The position numbers were made by a program, and so were the translations under genes. Below, piece by piece: positions 23,300-43,200 of a stretch of DNA of 64,000 nucleotides. The stretch comes from Camelus dromedarius (taxonomy: Eukaryota), in the NCBI RefSeq assembly GCF_036321535.1, contig NC_087445.1, positions 78,058,001 to 78,122,000 on the forward strand. The letters run 5' to 3'. The notes below the pieces were generated by a model. The model did no database searches. It saw nothing but the letters and a program-made list of their open reading frames with translations, and was not told where the DNA came from. Each line of letters opens with the position of its first letter. Position 1 is the first letter of the stretch.

Positions 23300-24120
23300 T
23301 ACAAACTGCACATTTGATAAAGGACTTAAGCCCTCAATCTATAGAGAACTCTCATGACACAATAAAAAAAAAACACTAAAAAAAAAACAGGCTAAAGATT
23401 TGAAAAGATTTGCAGGTGGAAAATAAACTCATGCAGAGAGAGAGGCTCGCAGGCATTGCGGGGAAACGCAGACTGAAACTGCGCCGAGATGTCACTGCAC
23501 ACCAGCAGGACGGGGACTCCATTTCTAACCCGAGACTGTCCCTGCCAGGGTGGGGAGAACCCCGCCAAATGGTCTGGCAGGTTCCTATGAAGGCAAACAC
23601 TTACCACATGGCTGGACTGTCACACACCCAGGAACTTACCCGGGAGAAATGAAACATACACTGACCCGCCTGTGGCTGGTCCGGGGACCTTCTTGACAAT
23701 CCTTGAGAAACGGAAATGACCAAATGCCGTTCAGGAGGGGACGGATGAACCACTCAGTGCTCCCCGTGTGATGAGACCTTCTGAAAGGCGGAAACACCGA
23801 CTCGCACGTCACAACTCAGATGACACCCCAAATGCATTACACTGAGTGAGAGAAGCCGGTCTGTAAGGCCTGCAGACTTGGTTCCTTTCCTTGGGTGTTC
23901 CAGAACAGGCAAACCCGCGGGGACGGAGAGCTGTCCCACGTTGCCTGGGACGTGGAGGGAGGGGCTGAGGACAAATTGGCCCGTGGAGACTTCTGGGGTG
24001 ATGGACTGTGCCAGTTACAGGACTGTCTGTGCTCATCTAAACTTTGATGTGCGGATCCGCACATCAAAGAGGGTGAATGCTACTGTATGTAAACTATGCC
24101 CCAATTTTTTAAAAGTGTAT
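23300..24120 (+). mobile_element. Old L1M ORF2-end/3'UTR fragment
   Basis: Contains 'atttgataaaggacttaagcc', 'gcattacactgagtgagagaagcc' and 'tactgtatgtaaactatgccccaattttttaaaa'. Confidence 0.7.
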
Positions 24121-24439
24121 GTATAGCTACAATATATGTGTATACATACACTATATAAACTCTTTCCCCAAATGCCACCTCTTGGGATGAGGGACAGGGA
24201 GGCCAAAAGGACCACCAAGTCCACAGGCGACACACCCAAGGCTCCCAGGGAAGAGTGGGGCAGAGTGCGGTGCAGGACAGAGACTGGACCTCCAACCACA
24301 GGATTACTGGGAGAGAGCAAGCAAAGGCCAAGGGATGGGTCACCGTGGCCTGCAGATCCCCTGAGGACCCTCAGAGGTGCAGGGCAGCACCTACCTTGCA
24401 GAGAACACACCCAACACCAGAATTTGCCCAGCCTTGGTC

Positions 24440-24800
24440 AGGGGACTCTCCACCAGAAGTCTGGGGTGTCTGACCATCTCCTGGCCTCCCACTCCCCCCT
24501 CATCCCCCAAATCCACTCTCCACGCAGTGACCCACACAAACCTTGTACAGCATAAATCTTCCACGCCCCGATTGAAATCCTCCTGTGTCATCGTGGCACC
24601 CAGCGCAAACCTGCACCAGACCACCACATGCATCAGCCAGGCCTCCGGCCTGCACCCTCCGGCCCAGCAGCCCTCCGGTCCCTCCCAGCACCCCCACTGG
24701 AGCTGCCTGCTCCCTGGGCTCCGTCTCGCCTCGGCCTCCCCCAAGCAACGTCCCCCAAACCCCCGTCTTCTGTCTCCTGGCCGCTTTAGCGTAATCCAAA
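24440..24800 (-). mobile_element. L2 LINE fragment
   Basis: 'aaatccactctccacgcagtgacc...cataaatcttccacgcccc...' resembles the L2 3' region. It is highly diverged and the strand is tentative. Confidence 0.45.
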
Positions 24801-25975
24801 CGCTCTCCCGTGTCTGTTGTCTGCTCTGCCCGCATGCACTGCACACTCCGTGACAGCAGGAGCTGGACCAGCCTGTTGCTGGCCTATTGGCATCTGTTCC
24901 CCTGGCCCAGAGAGGGGGCCTGGCATTGGAGGGGCTCGTTAATATCTGGGAATGAAGTCGCTTTAACCAGCAGGTCTACTAAACTGGGACCTTCCCAGCA
25001 CATCACCACATTTGCTTCAAAGAAGAGGCTTCCCTCTTCCATAGGGGTTTGGGGAACATCTTCCCATGAAAGAGAGAAGCAACAGTGACAAAAGGGCGTT
25101 CAGGCCTGGTCCAGACACCTCAGGAGGGAAAGCGGTCTGGCCAGATGTCCTCTGCTCCAGTTCCGGGAAATCTTAAGCTGATAAACAGCGGTCTGTAGAT
25201 GGTTTACATGAGAAGCCAAATACTATTATTATCTAAGCATCAGCCAAAGGTGGGAAGTTACAGCCAGTCAGTCCCAATGCTCCCGCACTCAGACAGCACG
25301 GGGCCCCAGTAGGTGTCTCAGCCGGTTTCTCCCAGTGATGTCAGCAGTAAACAGCTCCTTAAGCCACTTGGTGGTGATAGTTTGAAAGACACCCACTCCA
25401 ACAAGTAGCGCCCCTCTTTCACTTCGGGTTCAAGGGAACCAGTCGCACCACGCCGCAGCACCAACAGTGACTTCTGATCGCACTGCCCCTGGTGAGGTTG
25501 CCCCGCGCCTCCGGCCCACCCAGAGGGGCCCGGGATCTCTTCTCCAGCGCTCTGGGAAGGAGCAGGTGCTGGGAACGGCTGTTCCATCACCCCACGTCTC
25601 CACCCATCGCGCTGTGCCTCCCCCATCACCCCACACCTCCCCGTCAGCCCCTTGCTCCGGGAATGAACGTCCCAGCCAGCGCCCCCATTGACGGGGGGGC
25701 GTGCGTTTTACTTTAGGAGCACCTGCACCACTTTAATTTCTGTGTGGAACATATGTTATTTTCATTAACAAGCAATAAGCAATTTTTCTTTCAGGAAAGC
25801 AATTTTAACTGCCATCCTGACCTCCCCATTGGGCTCCAGATTCACACATCCCACTCTCCTGTCTCCAGACATCTCAGATCCAACAGAGTCCAAAGCACCT
25901 CCTGGTGCCACCCGCCAGCACCAGCTGCCCTCCACGCCCACTGCTGTGCCCACCTGTGCTCAGGGCGAGCACCTG

Positions 25976-26630
25976 TGTTGCTGGTGGATGCAACCGGTGT
26001 TCCAGGTTCTTGTTCCATCCCAGAAAGAATTCAGAGACAAGAAGTAGTGGTTAAAAAAGTAAAGTGAGAATTTATTAAAGGATGGACGGTACACTCTCAA
26101 GGGGAGAGGGGGCAGGCTCAGGTGAGCAGCTGCCTTGTGTTTCTCTGGCAAGTTGGTTACCCAGGGTGTAAAAATGAATGGGTGGAATATTCATTGGGGA
26201 GGGAAGGGCTTGGGGTCATATTCCCTGATTATCATCCCAACTCCACCTTCCCAAAGAGAGAAGTGATCTTTGTCCTTATTTAGTCTGGATCAGAAGCGTC
26301 CTGGTGTCAGTGCTTGATGGGGACTTCTAATCTGCAAGGCTAACATTTTTGAAATGAGGGCATAATGAGCAAAAGGTTACATTTGGATACTGGAAACTGC
26401 TGCCTTTTCTCACCTTTCTTTTTCGGTCTCCAGGCCACTTATCACCCGAAAAGGTGTGACCACTTATCAGCCCAGAGGTTCCTGCTTTTCTTTCTCTGCC
26501 CAGGGACCCCGGTGCTTGCATGATGTGTGGTTCCCTGCACTTGGCCTGTGCCCCTCCTTTCTGCCCATTCCTGCCATTTGGCCTACATCCCCCTTTCTCT
26601 ATCACATCCAGCTCTCTGCCTGCTCTAACA
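25976..26630 (-). mobile_element. Solo ERV LTR (655 bp) with 4-bp target-site duplication
   Basis: Begins TGTTG and ends CTAACA (TGTT...AACA inverted termini). CCTG flanks it at 25972-25975 and 26631-26634. AATAAA lies on the minus strand at 26076-26071. It is AT-richer than its flanks. Confidence 0.85.
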
Positions 26631-26790
26631 CCTGGAGGCCAGCCTGGGGCCCCTTCCTTTCTCACCGGCACCTCTAACCCAATGCCAAGGCCTGTAAGTG
26701 CAGCCTCCACACACACGCCAACAGCACCCCTGCACCATGACAGCACCCTGCACCCCAGCAGTATCTCTGCCTGATCCATGGCTGAAACAC

Positions 26791-26880
26791 AATTTTTCCG
26801 TAACAGAGGCACGGGCGATTGAACCCAGGACCTTGTGCACATCAAGCACACACTCTACCACTGAGCTGTAGCCTGCCCCC
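26791..26880 (-). mobile_element. tRNA-derived SINE (vic-1-like), reverse orientation
   Basis: attgaacccaggaccttgtgcacatcaagcacacactctaccactgagct is the reverse complement of the SINE head. Confidence 0.85.
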
Positions 26881-27519
26881 GAAACACTTTCTAAACCTCA
26901 GCAGATGCATTCCTGGAAGGCCGGACCCCTACCAGGCAGGACAGCCAGAGGTCCGTGGAGCTGAGACTCCTGCGTGGATCCACCAGTGCCTTCCCACCGC
27001 AATCAGAGCAACTGGAGGTCCCACCAGGGTACAGGACACAGCAGGCTGTGGCTCGTGACCTGATCTTGTAGCCCGCCCCTTGCCTGCTGCCCTCAGATCC
27101 AGCCACCACGGCCTCCTGAAGTTCATGCAAATAGGCCACTGAGTCCCACACAGCAGCTCACGTTTGAGGGTTCTCCCTGAGGGCCTCCCGAGGGGCGCGG
27201 GGGCGCGCGTGCACACGCACACGGTGCCGGGCCCCTCTGTATCCCCCTCCCCGTTCCGTTTCCCGATCTCCTCCCAGGTCTGTCTTCCTCTCTGCTTTAC
27301 GAGGGCTAGGCCTCTGACTCCTCCGTGGGACCGCCAGCTCCTAGCGCAGAACTGGCACCAAGTATGCACTTACACTATTTTGGAATTAACTTGCTAAATC
27401 ACCTGTGGCTGCACCACTATCCCGTGGTCGTTTCCCACAGACGTAATTCCTTAAGCAAAGCCCCTCCCCGACAAATACTAACATACTCATTATGCCTCTC
27501 AGAGCTCGGAAATGAGGCG

Positions 27520-27805
27520 GGTAACCCAAGCCGGGCCCGCGGGGAGGAGCGCGCGCCCGCAGCCTCGCCCGCCCGCGCCTGGCGCCCGCTTTCTCGCCGC
27601 CGCCTCCTCGCCTATCGTCACAGAGTCGGGGCGGGGAGGGCGCGGCCAGCCCCGCCCCTCTCCACCCGGCCCCGCCCCTCTCCGTCCGGCCCCGCCTCCC
27701 GTCCTGCGCAGGCCCGCCCGCCAGGCCCCGCCCGTCTCCATCCGGCCCCGCCCCGCCCCCGGTCCTGCGCAGGCCCGCCAGCAGGCTCCCGGCGCCCCGC
27801 CAGCA
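27520..27805 (+). promoter_or_regulatory. TMEM141 CpG-island promoter with GC boxes
   Basis: Dense CpG and repeated ccccgccc/gggcgggg motifs immediately upstream of the ATG. Confidence 0.85.
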
Positions 27806-29246
<1,441 letters not shown>

Positions 29247-29626
29247 GAGTGCTCCATCCGGGGCACAGAAGGCCTGGGGCTGGAGAGTTCTAGAACACAG
29301 CCCTCAGGGCGTCTGCACCCCAGGCGGGCCCTCCCCCCACCAAGTGTCCCCTGCACATATGCATGGCCAGGTCTGTCAAAGCTGGGCCGGCTGCTTCTGC
29401 CCAGCCTGAGCAGCCCAGGAGGTCAGACCAGGAGGCACTGTCCAGCGAGAAACATGGCGGGCACAGAGCGGTAGAGGATCAGGCCTGGCTCATGCAGACT
29501 TGGCGGCAGCAGCTCTGGGGCGTGTGTTGGAGGGGACTTCTGCACCCACTGCTGCCCACACTCCCTTTCTGGCCCCTGTGTGCCCCTCAGTCCAATGTGA
29601 CAGCTGCTGCTGGGGTCTGTGGGGCT

Positions 29627-29632
29627 AATAAA
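29627..29632 (+). terminator. TMEM141 polyadenylation signal AATAAA
   Basis: AATAAA about 380 nt after the stop codon. Confidence 0.85.
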
Positions 29633-30869
29633 TGCCTTGCGCTTTTCCCTACCTGAGTTCTGAAGCATTTGGGAAATGAGTCAGAGCTTTAAGATAAGAG
29701 ATAAATGTCAGTTCAGTACCATATTGCTGACTGGAGGAGGTGCCAGGGCAGTTCCTCACTGGGAACCCCAGAATTAGACACCCCTATAGGACCACCGAGG
29801 CCTCTCCATAGGGGGGTCTGCGGCACAACTTGGCATGGAGGAGCAGAGCAGACGGTGCGCAGCCAGTCAGCGCCTGGCTCTTGGGGGACAAGGGACAGGA
29901 AGTGGCTGTGCCCACCTGCCTATCATTCTAAACACATCTCTCGGACTAAATCTCTTCTCTCCAGGGAAGGAGAAAGTGAGGGCTGTAGGGGGCCAGAGCC
30001 AGCTTACTGGAGCTCTGTCCTCATGGAGAAAGGCTCCTGAGTGGGCAAGGCCGCCCAGCTCACCCACCCCCACCAGAGGAAAAGGCGGAGATGATATAAA
30101 ACCTGGGCGAAACTTCGTCCTTTACAGTGGGCTTCCAGTAGCACTGAAGGCACACAACCCAGGGCCACACCGCTCCAGCCCCGGCTCAGCCCCTGCTCTT
30201 CTCAGCCTAGCCGGTCATCAAGTGAACGTTTACTGGGCATCTGCTGTGCGCCAGGGAATCTGTTCATGGGGAGGTAAAATGACAGGGTGCCCAAGGTAAC
30301 CGTGGCATAAGCAAGCTAGAGCCTTAGTTTTCTTTCATGTAAAAGTCCAAGTGGGTGGTCTAGGGCTAATAGGGGTCAGGGACCTGGGCTCCTTTTAGTC
30401 TGTCCCATGCTGTAACGGCCTCCATTCCAAACCCACCTCGTGGTCCCAGGGCAGCTTTGCCGGCTCCAAACATTGCGTCTCCATCCCTGTCCACGGGAAG
30501 GAGGAAGGGAGTGGAGGAGAGCAGTTAACTCACCGCTTCCACTTCCACACCACTGGCTAGAACTCAGCCCACCTAGAAGAGCAGCCTTGCTCTGGGCAGC
30601 CATGCGCCCCACTAGAATTCAGGGGTTCTATATCTGAGGAAAGGAGAACCAGTATTAGACAGCTCGGCCTCACGCCCCGGGAGAACGGAGCTGGGGGCAG
30701 CAAGGGAGCAGACCACGCCCACGGCAGGCCCTCTGACCCCCTGCTAAGACCCGGGCTCCAAGGGAGGGCAGAGGGTGAGCTTGGAATTTCAGACGGGACT
30801 GGTTCTTTTTAAAGACGGACAGTGGCCAGAAAGGTAAAGGGCCAGGAAGGCACACGGGTGAAGACCATG

Positions 30870-31235
30870 ATTACGGATGAACTGGGTTCCCCCCTCCCAT
30901 ATTCAGTCTGCAGCCCTAACCCCCCCCCCCCGGTTCTCAGAATATGACTGTATTTGGGGACTGGGCCTTTAAAGCGGTGACTGAGTTAGAATGACGGTGG
31001 CCCTGACCAGTCTGACCGGTGTGCTTACGAGAGGAGGAGATCAGGACAGACGTACCGAGGAAAGACCCATGAGGACGCAGGGAGCAGCGGCCGTCTACAA
31101 GCCCAGGGAGAGGCCCCTGGACAAACCAGCCTGCTGACCCTTGACCTCAGACTCCCAGCCTCCAGGGTCGAGCGAGCGCACAGCTCTGCTGTTGAAGCTG
31201 CCAGTCTGTGGTGCTTTGTTATGCGAGTTGGAAAA
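30870..31235 (+). mobile_element. MLT1 LTR
   Basis: Contains 'cagaatatgactgtatttgggga', 'ggccgtctacaagccc' and 'gctgttgaagctgccagtctgtggtgctttgttatg'. Confidence 0.8.
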
Positions 31236-31903
31236 AGTAACCCATCCAGGGTGCACCCCCAGAATGCAAGCTGGCCAAGGCTTGGGCCACAGGGCTGTAA
31301 GGGAAGCCTGAGCTGGAGTTGCAGAGGGAGGGGACTGACCCCTCCCGGAGTAAGTGACATCTAAAGCTAGGCCCAGGAATTCCCCAGGGAAGTGGAGATG
31401 GAGCAGGTATGGTCAGGAGGAGATGGGGGAGTGAGGGCTGAGGCTGGAGGGGTCTCGTGACCCCTAGGTCACCAGGGTGTGGAGTTTGAAGTTAGGCTGT
31501 GGCAGGGCGATGGAGACCCCACAGGCAGTGAGAGGTCAGAGGTCTTAGGCAGCTCAGTGGAGGACAGCCTGGGAGTATGGAGGAGGGGAGGGTGCAGGGG
31601 GGCTGGTGTGGGGTGCAGTGTCAAACCACCACAAATCACCTCCCTTGACCAAGGCAGTGCTCCTGAGCAGAGAGCAGCCACAAGGCTCAAGCTTCCAGGG
31701 GATGACCCCAAGGCTGGCTGGGGCCAGAGGGTGGGGTTGTCAGCATGGGCTGGGAATTCTTGGGTTCCCTGGGCATGCGGAACCTTGGCCCCCATCACAA
31801 TGGGCCGAGATTCCGGGGACAATCTGAACTGCGGTTCTGCTGAGCAGGCCCAGCATAGAGGGCGGGAGGCGCAGAGGGCCCCTGGAGGACCCTGAGGGCC
31901 ACC

Positions 31904-39537
<7,634 letters not shown>

Positions 39538-39599
39538 CAGGAAGAGGAGGAACCCGCCCCGCCCCCACACCCCGCCCCCCAGCTGGCATTGGTTACACA

Positions 39600-39605
39600 A
39601 ATAAA
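39600..39605 (+). terminator. CCDC183 polyadenylation signal AATAAA
   Basis: AATAAA 63 nt after the stop codon. Confidence 0.9.
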
Positions 39606-40003
39606 CATTTTTTCAGGACTGCGGGGCACCTGGGGGAACGCAGATGTGGGGGATCACGTTGGGAACTCGTGGGTTGTTCGATGTGGATGGGCCCGGGGGT
39701 TGAGCGGTGAGGGTGAGTAGGGTCTGGGGAGGGATGCGGATGGGGCTCTGGGCTGAGCTGAAACCCGGGAGGCAGCTCGGAAGGCGGGACAGCAGAGTCC
39801 GCGGCCCCGCGCCGCACCGCGCCGCATATGGGCTCACCTTGGCGAGCGCCGCCCTCCCATGGCCCTCGCGGCGCCCCGTATCCACACGCCCCGAGCCTGC
39901 TTCCGACCACGCTGTCCTGCGCATGCGCACCTCCCGGCGCGCGCCGCACCACTGTGGTCCTCGCGGCGCCCCGTAGGTGCGCGCCCGCCGAGTCGGCGCT
40001 AAG

Positions 40004-40075
40004 ATGGCGGCGCTGACGGAGGGAGAGTGCCCGCGCCAGGAGCCGCGGGAGCCGGAGAAGAGCCGCCGCGGCTGA
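40004..40075 (+). other. RABL6 upstream ORF 1 (MAALTEGECPRQEPREPEKSRRG*)
   Basis: aagATGg strong Kozak context, 23 codons, TGA at 40073-40075. Its status as a uORF depends on the TSS being upstream of 40004. Confidence 0.5.
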
Positions 40076-40122
40076 GCCCCCGAGCCGCCCCCAGGCAGGC
40101 TCCCGGTCGCCGGACCCGGGAC

Positions 40123-40167
40123 ATGGTGCGGTCCGCGCCGTGCCGCCGCCGCCGCCGCTACCGCTGA
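40123..40167 (+). other. RABL6 upstream ORF 2 (MVRSAPCRRRRRYR*)
   Basis: gacATGg strong Kozak context, 14 codons, ending 40 nt before the main ATG. Confidence 0.6.
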
Positions 40168-40207
40168 GCTCGCGGGCCGCGCCGGGCTCGGACGTGGGAG
40201 CGGGAAG

Positions 40208-43200
40208 ATGTTTTCCGCGCTCAAGAAGCTTGTGGGGTCGGAGCAGGCTCCGGGCCGCGACAAGAACATCCCCGCAGGGCTGCAGTCTATGAACCAGGCG
40301 CTGCAGAGGCGCTTCGCCAAGGGGGTGCAGTACAACAGTGAGTGGCACGGGACAGTGGGGCGGGGGCGGGAGGGCGCCGTCCCGCGGGGTTCCGCGGGCC
40401 GGGGCCGCGTCGCCTGGGACTGGCGGAAACCGGGTCGCGCCCAGCCCGGGAAGCGCTGGGGGCCTCGTCGCGCCCCGAGGGCCTCGCGGTCTGTGTTCAG
40501 ATGTGCTGAGCGCTTACCTGTGCCGGGCAGGTTGCGGGCGCCCCAGGGGCGTTCATCTGGGGTCGGGAGGTGATGCTGGCCGGAGACGAGGTCCTAGAGG
40601 ACTCCAGGGCCGGAGGGTGGGCGCCTTGGCCCGCAGCGCTCCCCTCTGACCTGTGGGTCATCCCGGAGGAATGCTGGCACGATAGGAAATTCGTGCGATC
40701 ACTCTGCACAGTCAGATTTCGTCCAGGAGGTTTGTGTTGCGTCTGCGGTACCCCGATTGGCCTCGGTGACCTCGTCTAAGAGGGATTCTTACATAATGTG
40801 GGGAGAGCTGTGTGGTCTGTGACACCTCTTGAGTGGGTGGTGGGGCTCTCCGTCCGTGAACTGGGTGGTCACGCGCAGGAGCGGAGGACTCCGCCGACTC
40901 CGGTGGTTTGAGGTGTGGGATTTTTCTCTGTGGACTTCATGTTCAGTTTGGAGAGGGAATGTCGGCGACGCCACACGTTCTTGTCCCCTCCCCCCCCTTA
41001 AAGAAGCATTTGTAGGGTCTATATTTAGGAAAGCTCCAGAAGGCACGGGGATCCTTCTTGTTGTTGTAGAGACTTTTCTTCTGCGTGAGGGAGGAGTCAT
41101 TACCAGATGCCCAGAGAGCCCGGGGACGTTTCCAGTCCCCTGTTATAAATTATGTAAATTGTGTAGTTCCTAGACGCTGACTGTCCTCTTGACCTCTTTG
41201 AAGTTTTTGCATCTTGCTGGCTCTTTGCTAGCAGTATATAAAGATTTTATGTTGTTCTTGGCTTTTAAATTATTTTTCTCTTAAGTATTTCCATACATTG
41301 CTACAAGATATTGGACATTCCCCCACTCTTTGCCACTTCAGTGGTGGGAGGCTTCCAGTCTCTGTGATGTTGTATTTCGGTTAACAGTGTAGCATATTAA
41401 GAAACTGACTGGAAAGACTTTGGGTTTAAAAGAAAGATTGTTTTACGTGTATTCTACCCAATTTTGTATGTATTTGTCTCAGATTCAAAGAAGGGAATAA
41501 TAACTCAAAATACTCATTTACACAAATCTTTAGAATCTACATTTGGTTCTTTTATTTAGTTTTATTACTTATGGTATTATTTTAAAATTTCAATTCTAGT
41601 CCTTTGGAAATTAGATCTGGAAAATGTTCACCTTCTGAAAAACACTCCCTGGTGAGCACACTCACTAGTCCTGAGTTGGGGGAGTAAAAAGTAGAGACAG
41701 CATGGGAGTCATTCTGGAGAAGAAATCCGCCTCAGGCAGCTGACGGGCAGGTTCTGATCTTGGGGAACAAAGTGAGTGGAAGGTGGTGCAGGTGAGCGGA
41801 CCTGAGAGCTGGACCTGCATTCCATTTTAGGGCGATGTTGGCCCTGTACTTGGCTAATACGCAACTCTGAAACTTTTTTATTTCTTCTATTAGTCAGTAA
41901 AATAAAACTTTTCTAGTATTTGATTTCCAAGATATCTTCCTTAGGGGACCACAGTAGCAGTATGACCATTGTAGATTCAGGATTTTTACAGGTACAAGTT
42001 GATGATTACCAGGTGTGTTATTTGTCCCTGAGCAGATGAGTCATTCTCTCTTCTGCTGCTGTGATGAGAAGTGATGCCTGTGACACGCAGAGTCCCAGCG
42101 TTCACTTCAAACTGATAATCAAAACCTGCATGGAACGTTGGACCACATTCTTGATATGGAAGTCCTCCGCACGTGGAGCGCAAGAATGCTGTCTGAGCTG
42201 GTCAGCTCCTGCTGTTTGACCCACTTGTGTTTGGTGCAGAGACGGAGCACCGGTCAGTCTTGTGGATTTCGTCCAGACTGCCCTTGCTCACGACTGCATC
42301 CTTATCAAGAAAGCCTCCAGGCATTGGGACAGCTGAGTCCTGGCTGGTCAGATTTCAGTGCTAGAACTTAAAATGGGGTTAGACACTTCCTTACCGAGAA
42401 ACCTTTGAAAGGTTGGTTTCAGGGTAAGAGCTTTTTCTTTGGAAATAAACAGTTTGGCAGATTACTTGACCTGCCCAGCAAGGCCGATTTGCAAATTCCC
42501 GAGCCTTTGCTGCCCATGATCTGCCACATTTTCCTTTATAGGTTTTCCTTCCCTAGTGTTCATTTATTTAGCAAATATTTATTGAGTGTCCATCAGTGAT
42601 GAGTGTTCATCTGTGAGAAAGCAGGCAGTCTCCGCCTTGTGAAGCTTGCATTCCGGGAAGGCGGACAGGAGGCACTAAACATACGTGTATGGAACCAGAT
42701 AACCTGCCTGAGGGCCGAGAAGTAGCGCCGGGTTGGGGTTGGGTTGGGGCCCACCTTGCCGTCCTGGGGACTTTGTGAACCAGAACCTTAGAGGGCCCTG
42801 AGCAACTGCCGTGTTGCCGGGAGGTGGGGTGGGGGGGGGGGGGGAGACGCACTGGAGTGGGCCCTCTGGGAGTCGAGCGACCCCTGCTGGTGGCCCGATG
42901 AAAGGGCACCTTTGGGATTTATATTGTGTCTCGTGCAGCGTGATTGCATCATTTGTATCCAAGATAAAACAAATGTGGGGGGGTGGTATGAAAATATTTT
43001 TTAAAGATTCCCTATTTTATTGGAAACGTGTGGGAATGTGAGTGAATTACTATCGGGTCAGGGGGCAGGAAAGATGGTGAGGTTTTGTAGTAGATCCTGG
43101 TGTCTTCTGCACTGTGGCTTCACTTTGAAAGAAAAGACATAGGATAGAGGCAGAGAGTTAATCTGTTCAGTAAAACAGCTAGTTTGCCACTGTTTCTTAA

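Larger units (their letters stand above)
39780..40207 (+). promoter_or_regulatory. RABL6 CpG-island promoter/5'UTR with NRF1 and YY1 motifs
   Basis: TGCGCATGCGCA (NRF1 palindrome) at 39918-39929 and AAGATGGCGGC (YY1) at 40001-40011, within very high CpG density. Confidence 0.85.

Noticed and set aside
30095-30101. Isolated TATAAAA between TMEM141 and CCDC183
   Set aside because: It is 1.8 kb from the CCDC183 ATG with no downstream exon evidence, so it cannot be supported as a promoter.
39593-40348. 251-aa and 240-aa minus-strand ORFs across the RABL6 promoter
   Set aside because: CpG-island composition explains the lack of stops, and there are no protein-like features.
42061-42115. C-box (GTGATGA) and D-box (CTGA) pair suggesting a C/D snoRNA; a similar pair at 42597-42711
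   Set aside because: No terminal stem, atypical spacing, and no recognisable rRNA or snRNA antisense element.
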